Counted from the stretch's first letter, positions 15,540 to 23,781 are shown. The stretch is 41,897 nt of DNA from an uncultured Candidatus Saccharibacteria bacterium (GCA_964622365.1 CAZUPM010000002.1:1-41897), one strand, 5' to 3'. Notes: generated from the letters alone by a model not told the origin. Program-made: numbers and translations.

Positions 15540-16904
15540 TTAAGCATAAAGACGGTCCTTAATATCGGCGATAGCTGAGCGGATGCTGGCGTCCAGGGCT
15601 GATTCTTTTTCAATTTTTTCAACCGAATGGATGGCGGTAGTGTGGTCTTTTCGCCCTAACTCCCGCGCAATCTTAGGAAAACTTAAATGCAGCTCGCTGC
15701 GCAGCATATACATGGCTACCTGGCGCGGTACCACTATGTCTTTATCGCGTTTGGGTCCCATTATATCTTCTACGGGAATTTGGAAATGCCTGGCCGTGCG
15801 TTCGACTATTTGCCGGGCGCTTAAATGTTTGGGGCGGCTTTTGATTGGCCCCAACAAGCCGGCAGTTATTTCTAAAGTTGGGTCCAGTTCTCGCATCTCG
15901 CAAAAAGCCAGCAGCTGGTTAAGGGCGCCCTCTAGTTCGCGAATGTTGGTTTGGATATTGGTAGCCAGGTACTCGGTAATATCCTGCGGCAGGTCTACGC
16001 CGTGGCTTTGGGCTTTGTTCTGTAAAATCGCGCATCGCGTTTCAAAATCCGGGTTCTGCATATCAATCGTCATCCCCCAGACGAACCGCGACCTTAAACG
16101 CTCTTCAAGCGTCGGGATATCCCTTGGCGGTTTATCACTGGAAATTATTATCTGCTTGTTAGCCTGGTGCAGGGCATTGAAAGTGTGGAAGAACTCTTCC
16201 TGGATTTTTTCTTTGCCGGCCAAGAACTGCACATCGTCTACAATAAGTACATCAGCGCCTCTATAAAAATCCGCGAAATCAGTATTCTTTTTAAAGCGCA
16301 ATGCGTCTACAAACTCCTGGACAAACTGCTCGGTTGAAACATAAACCACCCGCGCCTTATTGTTTTGGGCCAAAATAGCGCTGCCGACTGCCTGGATTAA
16401 GTGGGTTTTACCAATGCCAACACCACCATAGATGAATAGCGGATTATATTTGGTGCCCGGTTGGGCTGCCACTGCCTGGCAAGCCGCGTAGGCCAATTCA
16501 TTACCAGAACCGACAACAAAATTATCAAAAGTGTAGCGCTCGTTCAGGCCCTGCCGATAAGTATGCCTTAAGCTACTGCCTATGATTTTAGAAGAAGCTG
16601 GCGTTTCGTTGAACAAAGCCACGTCAACCTGGTCTATTTCTTCTTTTTGCGGCGTAGATGTGGCATGTATCTTGTACTCTACCAGTTTAGGCTCGACACC
16701 GTTTTTTTGCAGGGTCTGGACAACAAGGTCGTTAAACTTGCGCTCTAGCTGTTGCTTTATAAAGATATTCGGTACGCCGACAACCAAAGCTTCATCGCTG
16801 CGCCTCAATAACCTAGTGTTCTTAAACCAGGTTACATAACTGGCTCTTGATACGGATAATTCTATTTCTCCGAGTACTGCTTGCCACAGCTCGCTGTCGC
16901 GCAT
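15540..16904 (-). CDS. dnaA: Chromosomal replication initiator DnaA
   Basis: The AAA+ Walker A is GGVGIGKTHLIQAVG, and the C-terminal DNA-binding helix contains DHTTAIHS. I chose the start at ATG 16904 (MRDSELWQAVL...), preceded by AAGGAGAG, rather than 16958. Confidence 0.95.
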   Translation of the reverse strand: MRDSELWQAVLGEIELSVSRASYVTWFKNTRLLRRSDEALVVGVPNIFIKQQLERKFNDLVVQTLQKNGVEPKLVEYKIHATSTPQKEEIDQVDVALFNETPASSKIIGSSLRHTYRQGLNERYTFDNFVVGSGNELAYAACQAVAAQPGTKYNPLFIYGGVGIGKTHLIQAVGSAILAQNNKARVVYVSTEQFVQEFVDALRFKKNTDFADFYRGADVLIVDDVQFLAGKEKIQEEFFHTFNALHQANKQIIISSDKPPRDIPTLEERLRSRFVWGMTIDMQNPDFETRCAILQNKAQSHGVDLPQDITEYLATNIQTNIRELEGALNQLLAFCEMRELDPTLEITAGLLGPIKSRPKHLSARQIVERTARHFQIPVEDIMGPKRDKDIVVPRQVAMYMLRSELHLSFPKIARELGRKDHTTAIHSVEKIEKESALDASIRSAIADIKDRLYA

Positions 16905-16948
16905 CCCTCTCTCCTTACTGCCACAAATATACACTACTATCGACCTAC

Positions 16949-17072
16949 TTTTCCACATAGTTTGTGATAATTACGCCAACCGGCTGCCAAAACAGCAAAC
17001 AGATGAAAAGTTATCCACGCAACTTAAGCGCCTCTGTTAAATTGTGGAAAAGGATTCAATGTCCGTGGATAA
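16949..17072. promoter_or_regulatory. DnaA-box cluster between dnaA and rpmH
   Basis: Boxes are TTTTCCACA (16949-16957), TGTGATAA (16963-16970), TTATCCACG (17011-17019), TGTGGAAAA (17043-17051) and CGTGGATAA (17064-17072). Confidence 0.6.
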
Positions 17073-17168
17073 CCTGCTAAGATTAGCGAGTAAGTATTGT
17101 CAATTTCACCAATTCGGCTGGCCAGACCATTGACACGACTGATAAGCTAAATAAACAGAAGGAAGCAT

Positions 17169-17306
17169 ATGCCAAAAAGAACTTACCAACCAAAAAAACG
17201 CCAACGCTCTAAAGAGCACGGCTTTTTTAAACGCATGTCATCTAAGGCCGGGCAAAATGCCTTAAAGCGCCGGCGCCAAAAAGGCCGCAAGCAGCTCACT
17301 AGATAG
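17169..17306 (+). CDS. rpmH: 50S ribosomal protein L34 (absent from the supplied ORF track)
   Basis: My own translation gives [45 protein letters not shown] plus TAG. A GAAGGAAG SD precedes it, and it holds the conserved position before rnpA. Confidence 0.9.
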   Translation: MPKRTYQPKKRQRSKEHGFFKRMSSKAGQNALKRRRQKGRKQLTR

Positions 17307-17346
17307 GGTACCAGGGCTAAAGACAAGCAATCAGTAACTTTTACTA

Positions 17347-17381
17347 CTGTTAACTGTTCGCTGTAACCTGTAAACTGTTGG
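17347..17381 (+). repeat. Heptamer tandem array CTGTNNN x5
   Basis: The array reads ctgttaa ctgttcg ctgtaac ctgtaaa ctgttgg and ends 1 nt before the rnpA ATG at 17383. Confidence 0.85.
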
Positions 17382-17382
17382 T

Positions 17383-17727
17383 ATGATTAGTCGCGCTCAC
17401 CGTTTTCATGGCTATGGGAGCTTAAAATATGTCTATAAACAAGGGAAGACTTTGCGCAGCCCCCTATTAGGACTAAGGTTTGTTGCTAACGACAGGCGCC
17501 ACGCCTACCGGGCCGCAGTTATTGTTAGCCGCAAGGTTAATAAATCGGCTGTCGTACGCAACCGTATCCGCCGGCTAGTTTATGAAAACATACGCCAAGA
17601 AGAAAGCCACATCAAAAAGCCGTTTGATATAGTCGTAACGGTTTTTAGTGATAAGGTCGTAGCAGCCCCCGCAGCTGAACTGGCCTCAACAATACACAAA
17701 CTTTTAGCCGAAGCCGGCATTATTTAA
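17383..17727 (+). CDS. rnpA: Ribonuclease P protein component
   Basis: The 114-aa basic protein carries the RNR-type motif VVRNRIRRLVYE and lies between rpmH and yidC. Confidence 0.85.
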   Translation: MISRAHRFHGYGSLKYVYKQGKTLRSPLLGLRFVANDRRHAYRAAVIVSRKVNKSAVVRNRIRRLVYENIRQEESHIKKPFDIVVTVFSDKVVAAPAAELASTIHKLLAEAGII

Positions 17728-17785
17728 GTTCGAAGCCAAGCTGCCGGACATGCTATAGTTATCTAAAAGGTATTTGTTCAATTAC

Positions 17786-18736
17786 ATGTTCACGACGATC
17801 ATAGTTCGCCCTATCTTTAACCTGTTAGTGTTTATTTACGCTATTATTCCGGGCCATAACTTCGGTTTGGCCCTGATAATATTCACAATTGTCATACGTT
17901 TCTTGATGTGGCCGCTGGTCAAAAAACAACTCAAACAGGCTAAAGCTATGCGCGAGCTGCAGCCGGAAATCAAAAAAATCAAAAAAGCCGCTGCCGGCAA
18001 CCGGCAAAAAGAGTCACAGATGTTAATGGAGCTATACAAGGAGCGAGAAGTCAGCCCGTTCGGCTCTATCGGCACGCTTATAATCCAGCTAATCATTCTA
18101 ATCGGACTTTATAGCGGTTTACGCAAAGTTGTTTACGACCCTAAGCAGGTCGTCAGTTTTGCCTATCCATTCATACAAAACTTATCATGGATCCACCATT
18201 TGTCCGCTAACATAAAGGACTTTCGTAGCACGCTGTTTGGTTTGGTAAACCTAGATAAGGCAGCCCTAAGCAAGGGCGGCATCTACTGGCCAGCCATGAT
18301 AATCGTGGCAGCCAGCGCCGTAACGCAGTACTTCCAAAGCAAACAACTGATGCCCAGCACCGGCGAATCACGAAAGCTGCGCGATATCCTAAAAGAGGCC
18401 GGCAGCGGCAAAAAAACCGACCAGTCCGAAGTCAATGCCGCGGTGGGGCGGGGCACCCGCTACTTTTTGCCCGTGCTGGTATTCTTCTTTACGGTTAACT
18501 ACCCCTCGGCCTTGAGCTTGTACTGGTTTATGGGCGGTCTGGTGGCTTACATCCAGCAATCGATAGTTTTGCGCGAAGACGTGGCCGAAATTGAAAAAGC
18601 CAGCGAGACTAAACCATCAAAAAATGTTGATAAAATCGTGGAAGGCGAAGTCGTAGAAGTTGAAAGCCGGCAAACCAAAAAACCGAAACCTAAAAAGAAA
18701 AAATCCTCTAAGAATAAGAGGAGAAAAAAGAAATGA
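17786..18736 (+). CDS. yidC: Membrane protein insertase YidC (short Gram-positive type) with a Lys-rich tail
   Basis: The protein is polytopic (PIFNLLVFIY..., LALIIFTIVIRFLMWPL, ...SALSLYWFMGGLVAYIQQ) and ends in the C-terminal tail KKPKPKKKKSSKNKRRKKK. I prefer the ATG at 17786; the TTG at 17774 is an alternative start. Confidence 0.88.
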   Translation: MFTTIIVRPIFNLLVFIYAIIPGHNFGLALIIFTIVIRFLMWPLVKKQLKQAKAMRELQPEIKKIKKAAAGNRQKESQMLMELYKEREVSPFGSIGTLIIQLIILIGLYSGLRKVVYDPKQVVSFAYPFIQNLSWIHHLSANIKDFRSTLFGLVNLDKAALSKGGIYWPAMIIVAASAVTQYFQSKQLMPSTGESRKLRDILKEAGSGKKTDQSEVNAAVGRGTRYFLPVLVFFFTVNYPSALSLYWFMGGLVAYIQQSIVLREDVAEIEKASETKPSKNVDKIVEGEVVEVESRQTKKPKPKKKKSSKNKRRKKK

Positions 18737-18740
18737 GTAA

Positions 18741-18801
18741 ACAGCTAACAGCTAACAGCCTACAGTTAAATCAGCGGAGTTTGCCAACTGTCTACTGTCT
18801 G
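18741..18801 (+). repeat. Heptamer arrays ACAGNNN x4, then inverted CTGTCTN x2
   Basis: The first array reads acagcta acagcta acagcct acagtta (18741-18768). The inverted array reads ctgtcta ctgtctg (18788-18801). Both lie in the yidC-jag spacer. Confidence 0.85.
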
Positions 18802-18822
18802 CTAAAACGAGCGGAATGAGCT

Positions 18823-19290
18823 ATGAACGAAGATAGTGAAGAAGCGATACGTTACGCCAAAAAATATATCGAAGATTTGCTATCATTTTTTGGCCTGAAC
18901 ACCGATGTTTATGCTACCAACAGTGACGACGAAGTCATCGAGCTTCATGTGCCATCCACGCACATGAACAGTTTTTTGATCGGCCAGCACGGTGATACCA
19001 TGCGGGCTTTGCAATTCATGACCAGTAACGCGCTGCGCGCCCAAAACTTTGCGCTCAGCCGCGTGAATGTGGACATTGCCGATTATAAAAAGCAGCGGGC
19101 CGACCGCCTGGCCGAACGGGCCGAAGGCTGGATCAAACAGGTCAAAGACACCGGGCAACCGATGGACCTTAGGCCGATGAACGCCGCCGACCGGCGCATA
19201 GTCCACCAGGTGGCTAGCGAAGCTGGCTTAACTACCGAATCTATAGGCGAAGGCCGCGACCGCCACGTTGTCTTAAAGCCCGTTTTCTGA
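18823..19290 (+). CDS. khpB: Jag/KhpB-type RNA-binding protein (KH + R3H)
   Basis: The R3H segment is ADRRIVHQVASEAGLTTESIGEGRDRHVVLKP. The gene has the conserved position after yidC. Confidence 0.85.
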   Translation: MNEDSEEAIRYAKKYIEDLLSFFGLNTDVYATNSDDEVIELHVPSTHMNSFLIGQHGDTMRALQFMTSNALRAQNFALSRVNVDIADYKKQRADRLAERAEGWIKQVKDTGQPMDLRPMNAADRRIVHQVASEAGLTTESIGEGRDRHVVLKPVF

Positions 19291-19355
19291 ACAGTAGCTC
19301 CATGTCAGCCTGACGCCACGTCGAAAAGCTAGCGAAAAAACGTTTCCTGCGGGCT

Positions 19356-19387
19356 AAAAAAGGTTGATATCCTTGTCAACCTTTTTA
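19356..19387 (+). terminator. Rho-independent terminator candidate after jag
   Basis: AAAAAAGGTTGA, an 8-nt loop, then TCAACCTTTTT. The stem GGTTGA/TCAACC lies at 19362-19367 and 19376-19381, with an A-tract before it and a T-tract after it. Confidence 0.5.
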
Positions 19388-19498
19388 CATGCAGATAACA
19401 GATATAAACCGCCCAAAAAATTCTCCCTATATACTTTATATAATATATAAGAATCGTAAATATGAGTCAGGTAGCAACAGCGATAATGTCAATCATAT

Positions 19499-19527
19499 TT
19501 GACGAACTTAGCTAACTTAGCTAATAT
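19499..19527 (+). promoter_or_regulatory. Promoter of the toxin-antitoxin pair, whose spacer is a tandem 9-mer
   Basis: TTGACG (19499-19504), a 17-nt spacer, then TAATAT (19522-19527). The direct repeat AACTTAGCT AACTTAGCT (19505-19522) fills the spacer and runs 1 nt into the -10 box. The ATG at 19535 lies 7 nt after the -10 box. Confidence 0.5.
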
Positions 19528-19534
19528 AATTTAT

Positions 19535-19780
19535 ATGAAGGCAATTACCATACACGACGCTAAAACCAATCTAAGCAAATATATAGCGGACGCTAAAAAA
19601 GGCGATAAGGTTTATATTGGCGGCTTTGGCAAAGCCGAAGTTATGCTGGTTGCGGTAGATAAGCGTGATATAAGCCCTAAACAACGTACATTCAGTGCCG
19701 CTCGGGGCAAGATAGAGGCTAAACCGGACGCCTTTAGCGCTTCAACCGACAAGGCCGTTGAATACCTGCTGCTTGGCTAA
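19535..19780 (+). CDS. Phd/YefM-type antitoxin
   Basis: The N-terminus MKAITIHDAKTNLSKYIADAKKGDKVYI is typical of prevent-host-death antitoxins. The gene lies 9 nt upstream of a PIN-domain gene. Confidence 0.8.
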   Translation: MKAITIHDAKTNLSKYIADAKKGDKVYIGGFGKAEVMLVAVDKRDISPKQRTFSAARGKIEAKPDAFSASTDKAVEYLLLG

Positions 19781-19789
19781 AAGCCCGAC

Positions 19790-20182
19790 ATGAAACTTTT
19801 AATAGATACCCAAGTGTTTGTGTGGCTGATTAACGACAATCAGGCACTGGGCACCAAAGTCAAACGGCTGCTGACTGAGCCGACAAACCAAGTGGCGCTT
19901 AGTTATTTTTCCCTGTTTGAAATAGTTATTAAGACCAGCATTGGCAAAATGGCCTACGACCCTTCGGTCATAGATGACTTGCCCGCGATGGACATCAACT
20001 TTCTATTGCCAACCACTAAACACCTAACCAACTATCAAATCTATGACCAAACCAACAAAGACCCTTTTGATAATATGCTGTTAACGGTGGCCGAAACCGA
20101 AAAACAGGTTTTTCTGACGGCTGATAAAAAAATACTCCAAACCCGCGGTTATACCCACAAACTGATTGACGCCACCAAGTAA
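19790..20182 (+). CDS. PIN-domain (VapC-like) toxin
   Basis: The N-terminus is MKLLIDTQVFVWLIND, and DPFDNMLLTVAETEKQVFLTADKKIL matches the C-terminal acidic PIN motifs. Confidence 0.8.
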   Translation: MKLLIDTQVFVWLINDNQALGTKVKRLLTEPTNQVALSYFSLFEIVIKTSIGKMAYDPSVIDDLPAMDINFLLPTTKHLTNYQIYDQTNKDPFDNMLLTVAETEKQVFLTADKKILQTRGYTHKLIDATK

Positions 20183-20192
20183 AAGCTGTTAC

Positions 20193-21287
20193 TTAACCGA
20201 TTGCTTTTTTATAAACTTCTAAGGTTTGCTTTGCCATGCGTTGCCAGGAATAACCAGCCGCGACTTGCCGGCCTTTTTCTACGAGCTGTTTGGCGTAAAC
20301 TGGATCGTCAATGACTTTGCCGAGTACCTGGGCCATCTCATCAATGTTTAGCGGGTCAAAATATGCCGCGCCGTCTTTGTAAACTTCGGGTAAGCAGGTA
20401 GCGTTGCTAGCAGCTACCGGGCATTCGTGCATCATGGCCTCCAGGCCGGGCAAACCAAACCCCTCGCTTAACGAAGGAAAGGCGTACACTTTGGCGTTCT
20501 CGTACAGCCAGCGCAATTGGCCTTCGCTGGTAAAGCCGGTAAATACTACGTTTTTAATCCCTTTGTCTTTAGTCCACTGTTCGTGACTTATATAGTTGGC
20601 GTCTTTGTTGCCGCTTAACACCAGCCTAAGTTCCGGATGAGTTGCTTGCAGTTTTACAAAAGCTTCGATAAGCCCCCTTAGATTTTTATGGGGAGTCGGC
20701 CGGCCAGTGTACATAATATAGGGTTTTCCTTCTAAGCCTGACACCGGTGACGCTTCGTCGGTAATTTTATCTGCTGCTTCATAAGTAACTACTACCTTGT
20801 CCGCTTTGATACCGGTATATTTAACTACGTCGTTTTTAACGAACTCGGTTGGCGTAATGACGACTGAAGCCTTACGCGCTGCTTTTTTATTGACCCATTT
20901 GTAAATAATTTGCTTGATTTTGAAAACCACAGGATTTTTACTAGGGTTACGAAAGCGAACTGTCGTCAGATCGTGCATAGTAGTAACTGTTTTACCACGA
21001 TATAAGACCGGTTGTTCTACTTTGGTGAAGTGAACCAGATCAGGCTTTAAACTTTGGATTAATTTTTTAAAAGGCAGTTGTTCGTCAAAAGTGAATTCCT
21101 TAAAAGGAGCCTCTATAACCTGAAAGCCAGGGGCAATTTGTTTTAAAAAATCAACGCAGTGCGGTTTGGTTAAAATCACAAACTGATATCCCTCGGGCTT
21201 AAGTTTGTGCAGATATTCAACCAACTTATCAACGTAACGTCCGGTGCTCATTCCTGACATACGGGCGTCAATGGCAACTTTTTGCAT
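20193..21287 (-). CDS. Glycosyltransferase, GT4 (GT1-fold) family
   Basis: The C-terminal segment SLSEGFGLPGLEAMMHECPVAASNATCLPEV carries the E-x7-E-type motif. Confidence 0.85.
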   Translation of the reverse strand: MQKVAIDARMSGMSTGRYVDKLVEYLHKLKPEGYQFVILTKPHCVDFLKQIAPGFQVIEAPFKEFTFDEQLPFKKLIQSLKPDLVHFTKVEQPVLYRGKTVTTMHDLTTVRFRNPSKNPVVFKIKQIIYKWVNKKAARKASVVITPTEFVKNDVVKYTGIKADKVVVTYEAADKITDEASPVSGLEGKPYIMYTGRPTPHKNLRGLIEAFVKLQATHPELRLVLSGNKDANYISHEQWTKDKGIKNVVFTGFTSEGQLRWLYENAKVYAFPSLSEGFGLPGLEAMMHECPVAASNATCLPEVYKDGAAYFDPLNIDEMAQVLGKVIDDPVYAKQLVEKGRQVAAGYSWQRMAKQTLEVYKKAIG

Positions 21288-21601
21288 TAAAGCTCCCAGC
21301 CCAATCTAAGGCTAAAACTGTAGAACTGCTCACCGTTTTCAGCTTCAGTTACACGAGGCGTTTCAGGATAATCGGTCCGAAATCCCAGAGCTTGAAAATC
21401 CCGATAACATCCGCTTAAAGCCGTTTGTACAAGCCAATGATTTGCTTCTGTAGTTTCAAACGGGACGACCACTTCGGTTTGACCCTGTGCTACAGCTTGG
21501 TCAACAGCAGCACCTATCCGGGCAGTAAACCCATCTTTTAATTCGCCTAATACTTTTTCTTGCTGCCCAGCTTTTTCTGCAGCCGAAATCATTACCATCA
21601 T
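21287..21601 (-). CDS. Small hypothetical protein
   Basis: The 104-aa ORF shares 1 nt of its stop region with the start of the downstream GT4 gene. I recognise no motif. Confidence 0.45.
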   Translation of the reverse strand: MMVMISAAEKAGQQEKVLGELKDGFTARIGAAVDQAVAQGQTEVVVPFETTEANHWLVQTALSGCYRDFQALGFRTDYPETPRVTEAENGEQFYSFSLRLGWEL

Positions 21602-21713
21602 AAAGATCCCAATTAGCCTAAATAAAAGTTACCAACAAACGTCATGAATAGCAACCCAAAGCCATAATGCAGGCAATGTTATACTTAAATAACGTGTTTA
21701 AAAAGGAGAGAGC

Positions 21714-22697
21714 GTGGTAAAACGGGCATTAATTACTGGCATAACCGGCCAGGACGGGATGTATCTGGCGGAACTTTTACTAAGCAAAAACTATGAAGTA
21801 TTCGGGCTGATACGCGGGCAGGATAATCCTAAAAGAGCGGTGATAGAAAAACTGATTCCGCGGGTGGAATTGGTAGAGGGCGACCTGACGGATATCGGCT
21901 CTTTGGTAGAAGCCTTGACTTATTGCGAACCGGATGAAGTGTATAACCTTGGCGCCATGAGCTTCGTGGCACTATCGTTTAAGCAGCCGGAACTGACCGG
22001 CAACATAACGGGATTAGGCGCGCTTAGAATGCTGGAAGCTATACGGATAGTAGATAAGGATAAGAAGATCCGCTTTTACCAAGCCTCTTCGTCCGAAATG
22101 TTCGGTAAAGTTCGCGAAACCCCACAGACCGAACTCACCCCTTTCCACCCCCGCAGCCCGTACGGCGTGGCCAAAGTCTACGCCCACTATATGACCGTAA
22201 ATTACCGCGAAAGCTACGACATGTTCGCCTGTAGTGGAATTTTGTTCAACCACGAATCGCCACGTCGCGGACATGAATTCGTAACACGCAAAATAAGCAG
22301 CGCGGTGGCCCGCATCAAACTTGGCTTGCAAAAAGATCTTGCACTTGGCAACCTGGATTCCAAACGCGACTGGGGATTTTCTGGCGATTATGTGCAGGCT
22401 ATGTGGCTGATGATCCAGCAGGATAAACCGGACGATTACGTCATCGCCACCGGCGAAACCCACTCTATCAAAGATTTTCTGGACTTAGCTTTTGCCGAGG
22501 TCGGCATAAAAAACTGGAAGCCATATGTTAAACAAGACCCGCGCTTTATGCGTCCGGCCGAGGTAGATCTGTTGATCGGTGATAGCTCCAAGGCCAAAAA
22601 ACAGCTTAAGTGGGAACCCAAAGTTAAATTTACTGAGTTAGTCAAAATGATGGTTAAAAACGATCTCGAGCTGGAAGCTAAAAAACACAAAGCCTAA
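21714..22697 (+). CDS. gmd: GDP-mannose 4,6-dehydratase
   Basis: Diagnostic segments are [42 protein letters not shown] and [12 protein letters not shown]. The gene starts with GTG, preceded by AAGGAGAG. Confidence 0.92.
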   Translation: MVKRALITGITGQDGMYLAELLLSKNYEVFGLIRGQDNPKRAVIEKLIPRVELVEGDLTDIGSLVEALTYCEPDEVYNLGAMSFVALSFKQPELTGNITGLGALRMLEAIRIVDKDKKIRFYQASSSEMFGKVRETPQTELTPFHPRSPYGVAKVYAHYMTVNYRESYDMFACSGILFNHESPRRGHEFVTRKISSAVARIKLGLQKDLALGNLDSKRDWGFSGDYVQAMWLMIQQDKPDDYVIATGETHSIKDFLDLAFAEVGIKNWKPYVKQDPRFMRPAEVDLLIGDSSKAKKQLKWEPKVKFTELVKMMVKNDLELEAKKHKA

Positions 22698-22806
22698 ACC
22701 GCTTTATCCTTTTGTCTGACAAAAGAAGCAAGAACTTTTTGCGACTAAAAGGTAAGAAGAAGCATGCTGGAGACAAAAGTAACGAATAATTTTTAGCCGG
22801 TGAGCA

Positions 22807-22835
22807 TTGCTTAAAGAGTTATTTACAGATAGAAT
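22807..22835 (+). promoter_or_regulatory. Candidate promoter of the ABC exporter genes
   Basis: TTGCTT (22807-22812), a 17-nt spacer, then TAGAAT (22830-22835). The ATG at 22844 lies 8 nt after the -10 box with no SD. Confidence 0.4.
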
Positions 22836-22843
22836 ATAGAAAA

Positions 22844-23650
22844 ATGCAAAAGCTGAAGCAACGCTATTGTTACTCTGTAATTTTGTTGCGCGAACTGGTC
22901 CGGACGGACTTTAAACTTCGTTACCAGGGTTCGGTGCTTGGCTATGTTTGGTCTCTGCTGCGGCCATTCCTATTGTTCTTAACTCTTTACATCGTTTTCG
23001 CCAAATTCCTGAAAATCGGCAACGCCGTGCCGCATTACCCGGTTTACCTATTGCTTGGCATCGTGATGTGGAACTTTTTCGTGGAAGTTTCGGTGGGCAG
23101 CGTGGGCGCAGTAGTGGGTAAGGGCGATCTGCTGCGCAAAATCAATTTCCCTAAATACGTCATCATTCTGGCCGTGGCACTCTCGGCGCTAATCAACCTG
23201 TGCCTTAACGCGGTAGTTATCGCTATTTTTATGGTAGTCGGCCACGTGCACGTTTCACTCCAAGCTCTATGGCTAATTCCACTAATTGCCGAATTATTCA
23301 TCGCCTCGCTGGCGGCGGCCTTCTTTTTAAGCGCGGCCTTTGTGCGCTACCGCGATGTCAGCTATATATGGGAGGTCATCATCCAGGCGGCCTTTTACGC
23401 CACCCCCATACTTTATCCGCTAACCCGTATACCGCACACTGCCGCTAAGTTTTTGATTTTAAATCCTATGGCGCAGATCATCCAGGATGCCCGTTACGTG
23501 CTGGTAACGCATCAAACCCAAACCATCGCCCAGGTTTTTAGTGGCGATTACATCATTTGGGCCATACCAATAGGGCTTACTTTATTGTGCGCCGGGATTG
23601 CCGCCTTCTATTTTCGCCGGCGATCACGGTTCTTCGCGGAGGAAGCATGA
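22844..23650 (+). CDS. wzm: ABC-2 type polysaccharide/teichoic-acid export permease (Wzm/TagG-like)
   Basis: The 268-aa polytopic protein starts ...LVRTDFKLRYQGSVLGYVWSLLRPF, which is typical of ABC-2 permeases. It is paired with the downstream ATPase. Confidence 0.85.
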   Translation: MQKLKQRYCYSVILLRELVRTDFKLRYQGSVLGYVWSLLRPFLLFLTLYIVFAKFLKIGNAVPHYPVYLLLGIVMWNFFVEVSVGSVGAVVGKGDLLRKINFPKYVIILAVALSALINLCLNAVVIAIFMVVGHVHVSLQALWLIPLIAELFIASLAAAFFLSAAFVRYRDVSYIWEVIIQAAFYATPILYPLTRIPHTAAKFLILNPMAQIIQDARYVLVTHQTQTIAQVFSGDYIIWAIPIGLTLLCAGIAAFYFRRRSRFFAEEA

Positions 23651-23653
23651 CGA

Positions 23654-23688
23654 ACAGGTTACAGGTTACAGGTTACAGGTTACAGATA
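23654..23688 (+). repeat. Heptamer tandem array ACAGGTT x4 plus ACAGATA
   Basis: The array reads acaggtt acaggtt acaggtt acaggtt acagata and begins 3 nt after the wzm stop. Confidence 0.9.
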
Positions 23689-23721
23689 ATTTACCAGGTG
23701 CCATTTATCAGTTTTTGTATT

Positions 23722-23781
23722 AAAAATTGGCAATTGATAATTGATAATTCATTGAAAATTGAAAATTGTAAATTGATAATT
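23722..23781 (+). repeat. AT-rich heptamer array NNNAATT, about 8 units
   Basis: The array reads aaaaatt ggcaatt gataatt gataatt catt-gaaaatt gaaaatt gtaaatt gataatt, with one 4-nt phase break. It ends just before the AAGGAGG SD of wzt. Confidence 0.85.

Noticed and set aside
15320-15622. A 100-aa minus-strand ORF in the dnaA-dnaN spacer.
   Set aside because: It overlaps the dnaA 3' end and the AT-rich/DnaA-box region, has no RBS and gives a low-complexity translation. The region is better explained as origin or regulatory DNA.
15583-16266. A 227-aa plus-strand ORF. Other long antisense ORFs include 5007..5486, 8234..8668, 22014..22463, 24149..24535 and 40735..41411.
   Set aside because: All lie entirely inside confidently assigned genes on the opposite strand. 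They have Ser/Arg/Leu-rich shadow-ORF compositions and no motifs.
19389-19502. A 37-codon ORF (MQITDINRPKNSPYILYIIYKNRKYESGSNSDNVNHI) between jag and the TA module.
   Set aside because: It has no RBS, starts inside the terminator T-tract, has an AT-rich low-complexity translation and ends inside the -35 box of the TA promoter. It is most likely non-coding.
23654-23781. The heptamer arrays, here and at 4880, 17347 and 18741, as a possible CRISPR array or minisatellite mobile element.
   Set aside because: The units are only 7 nt with no unique spacers, there are no cas genes, and the arrays are 14-60 nt long. They are short tandem repeats, not CRISPR.
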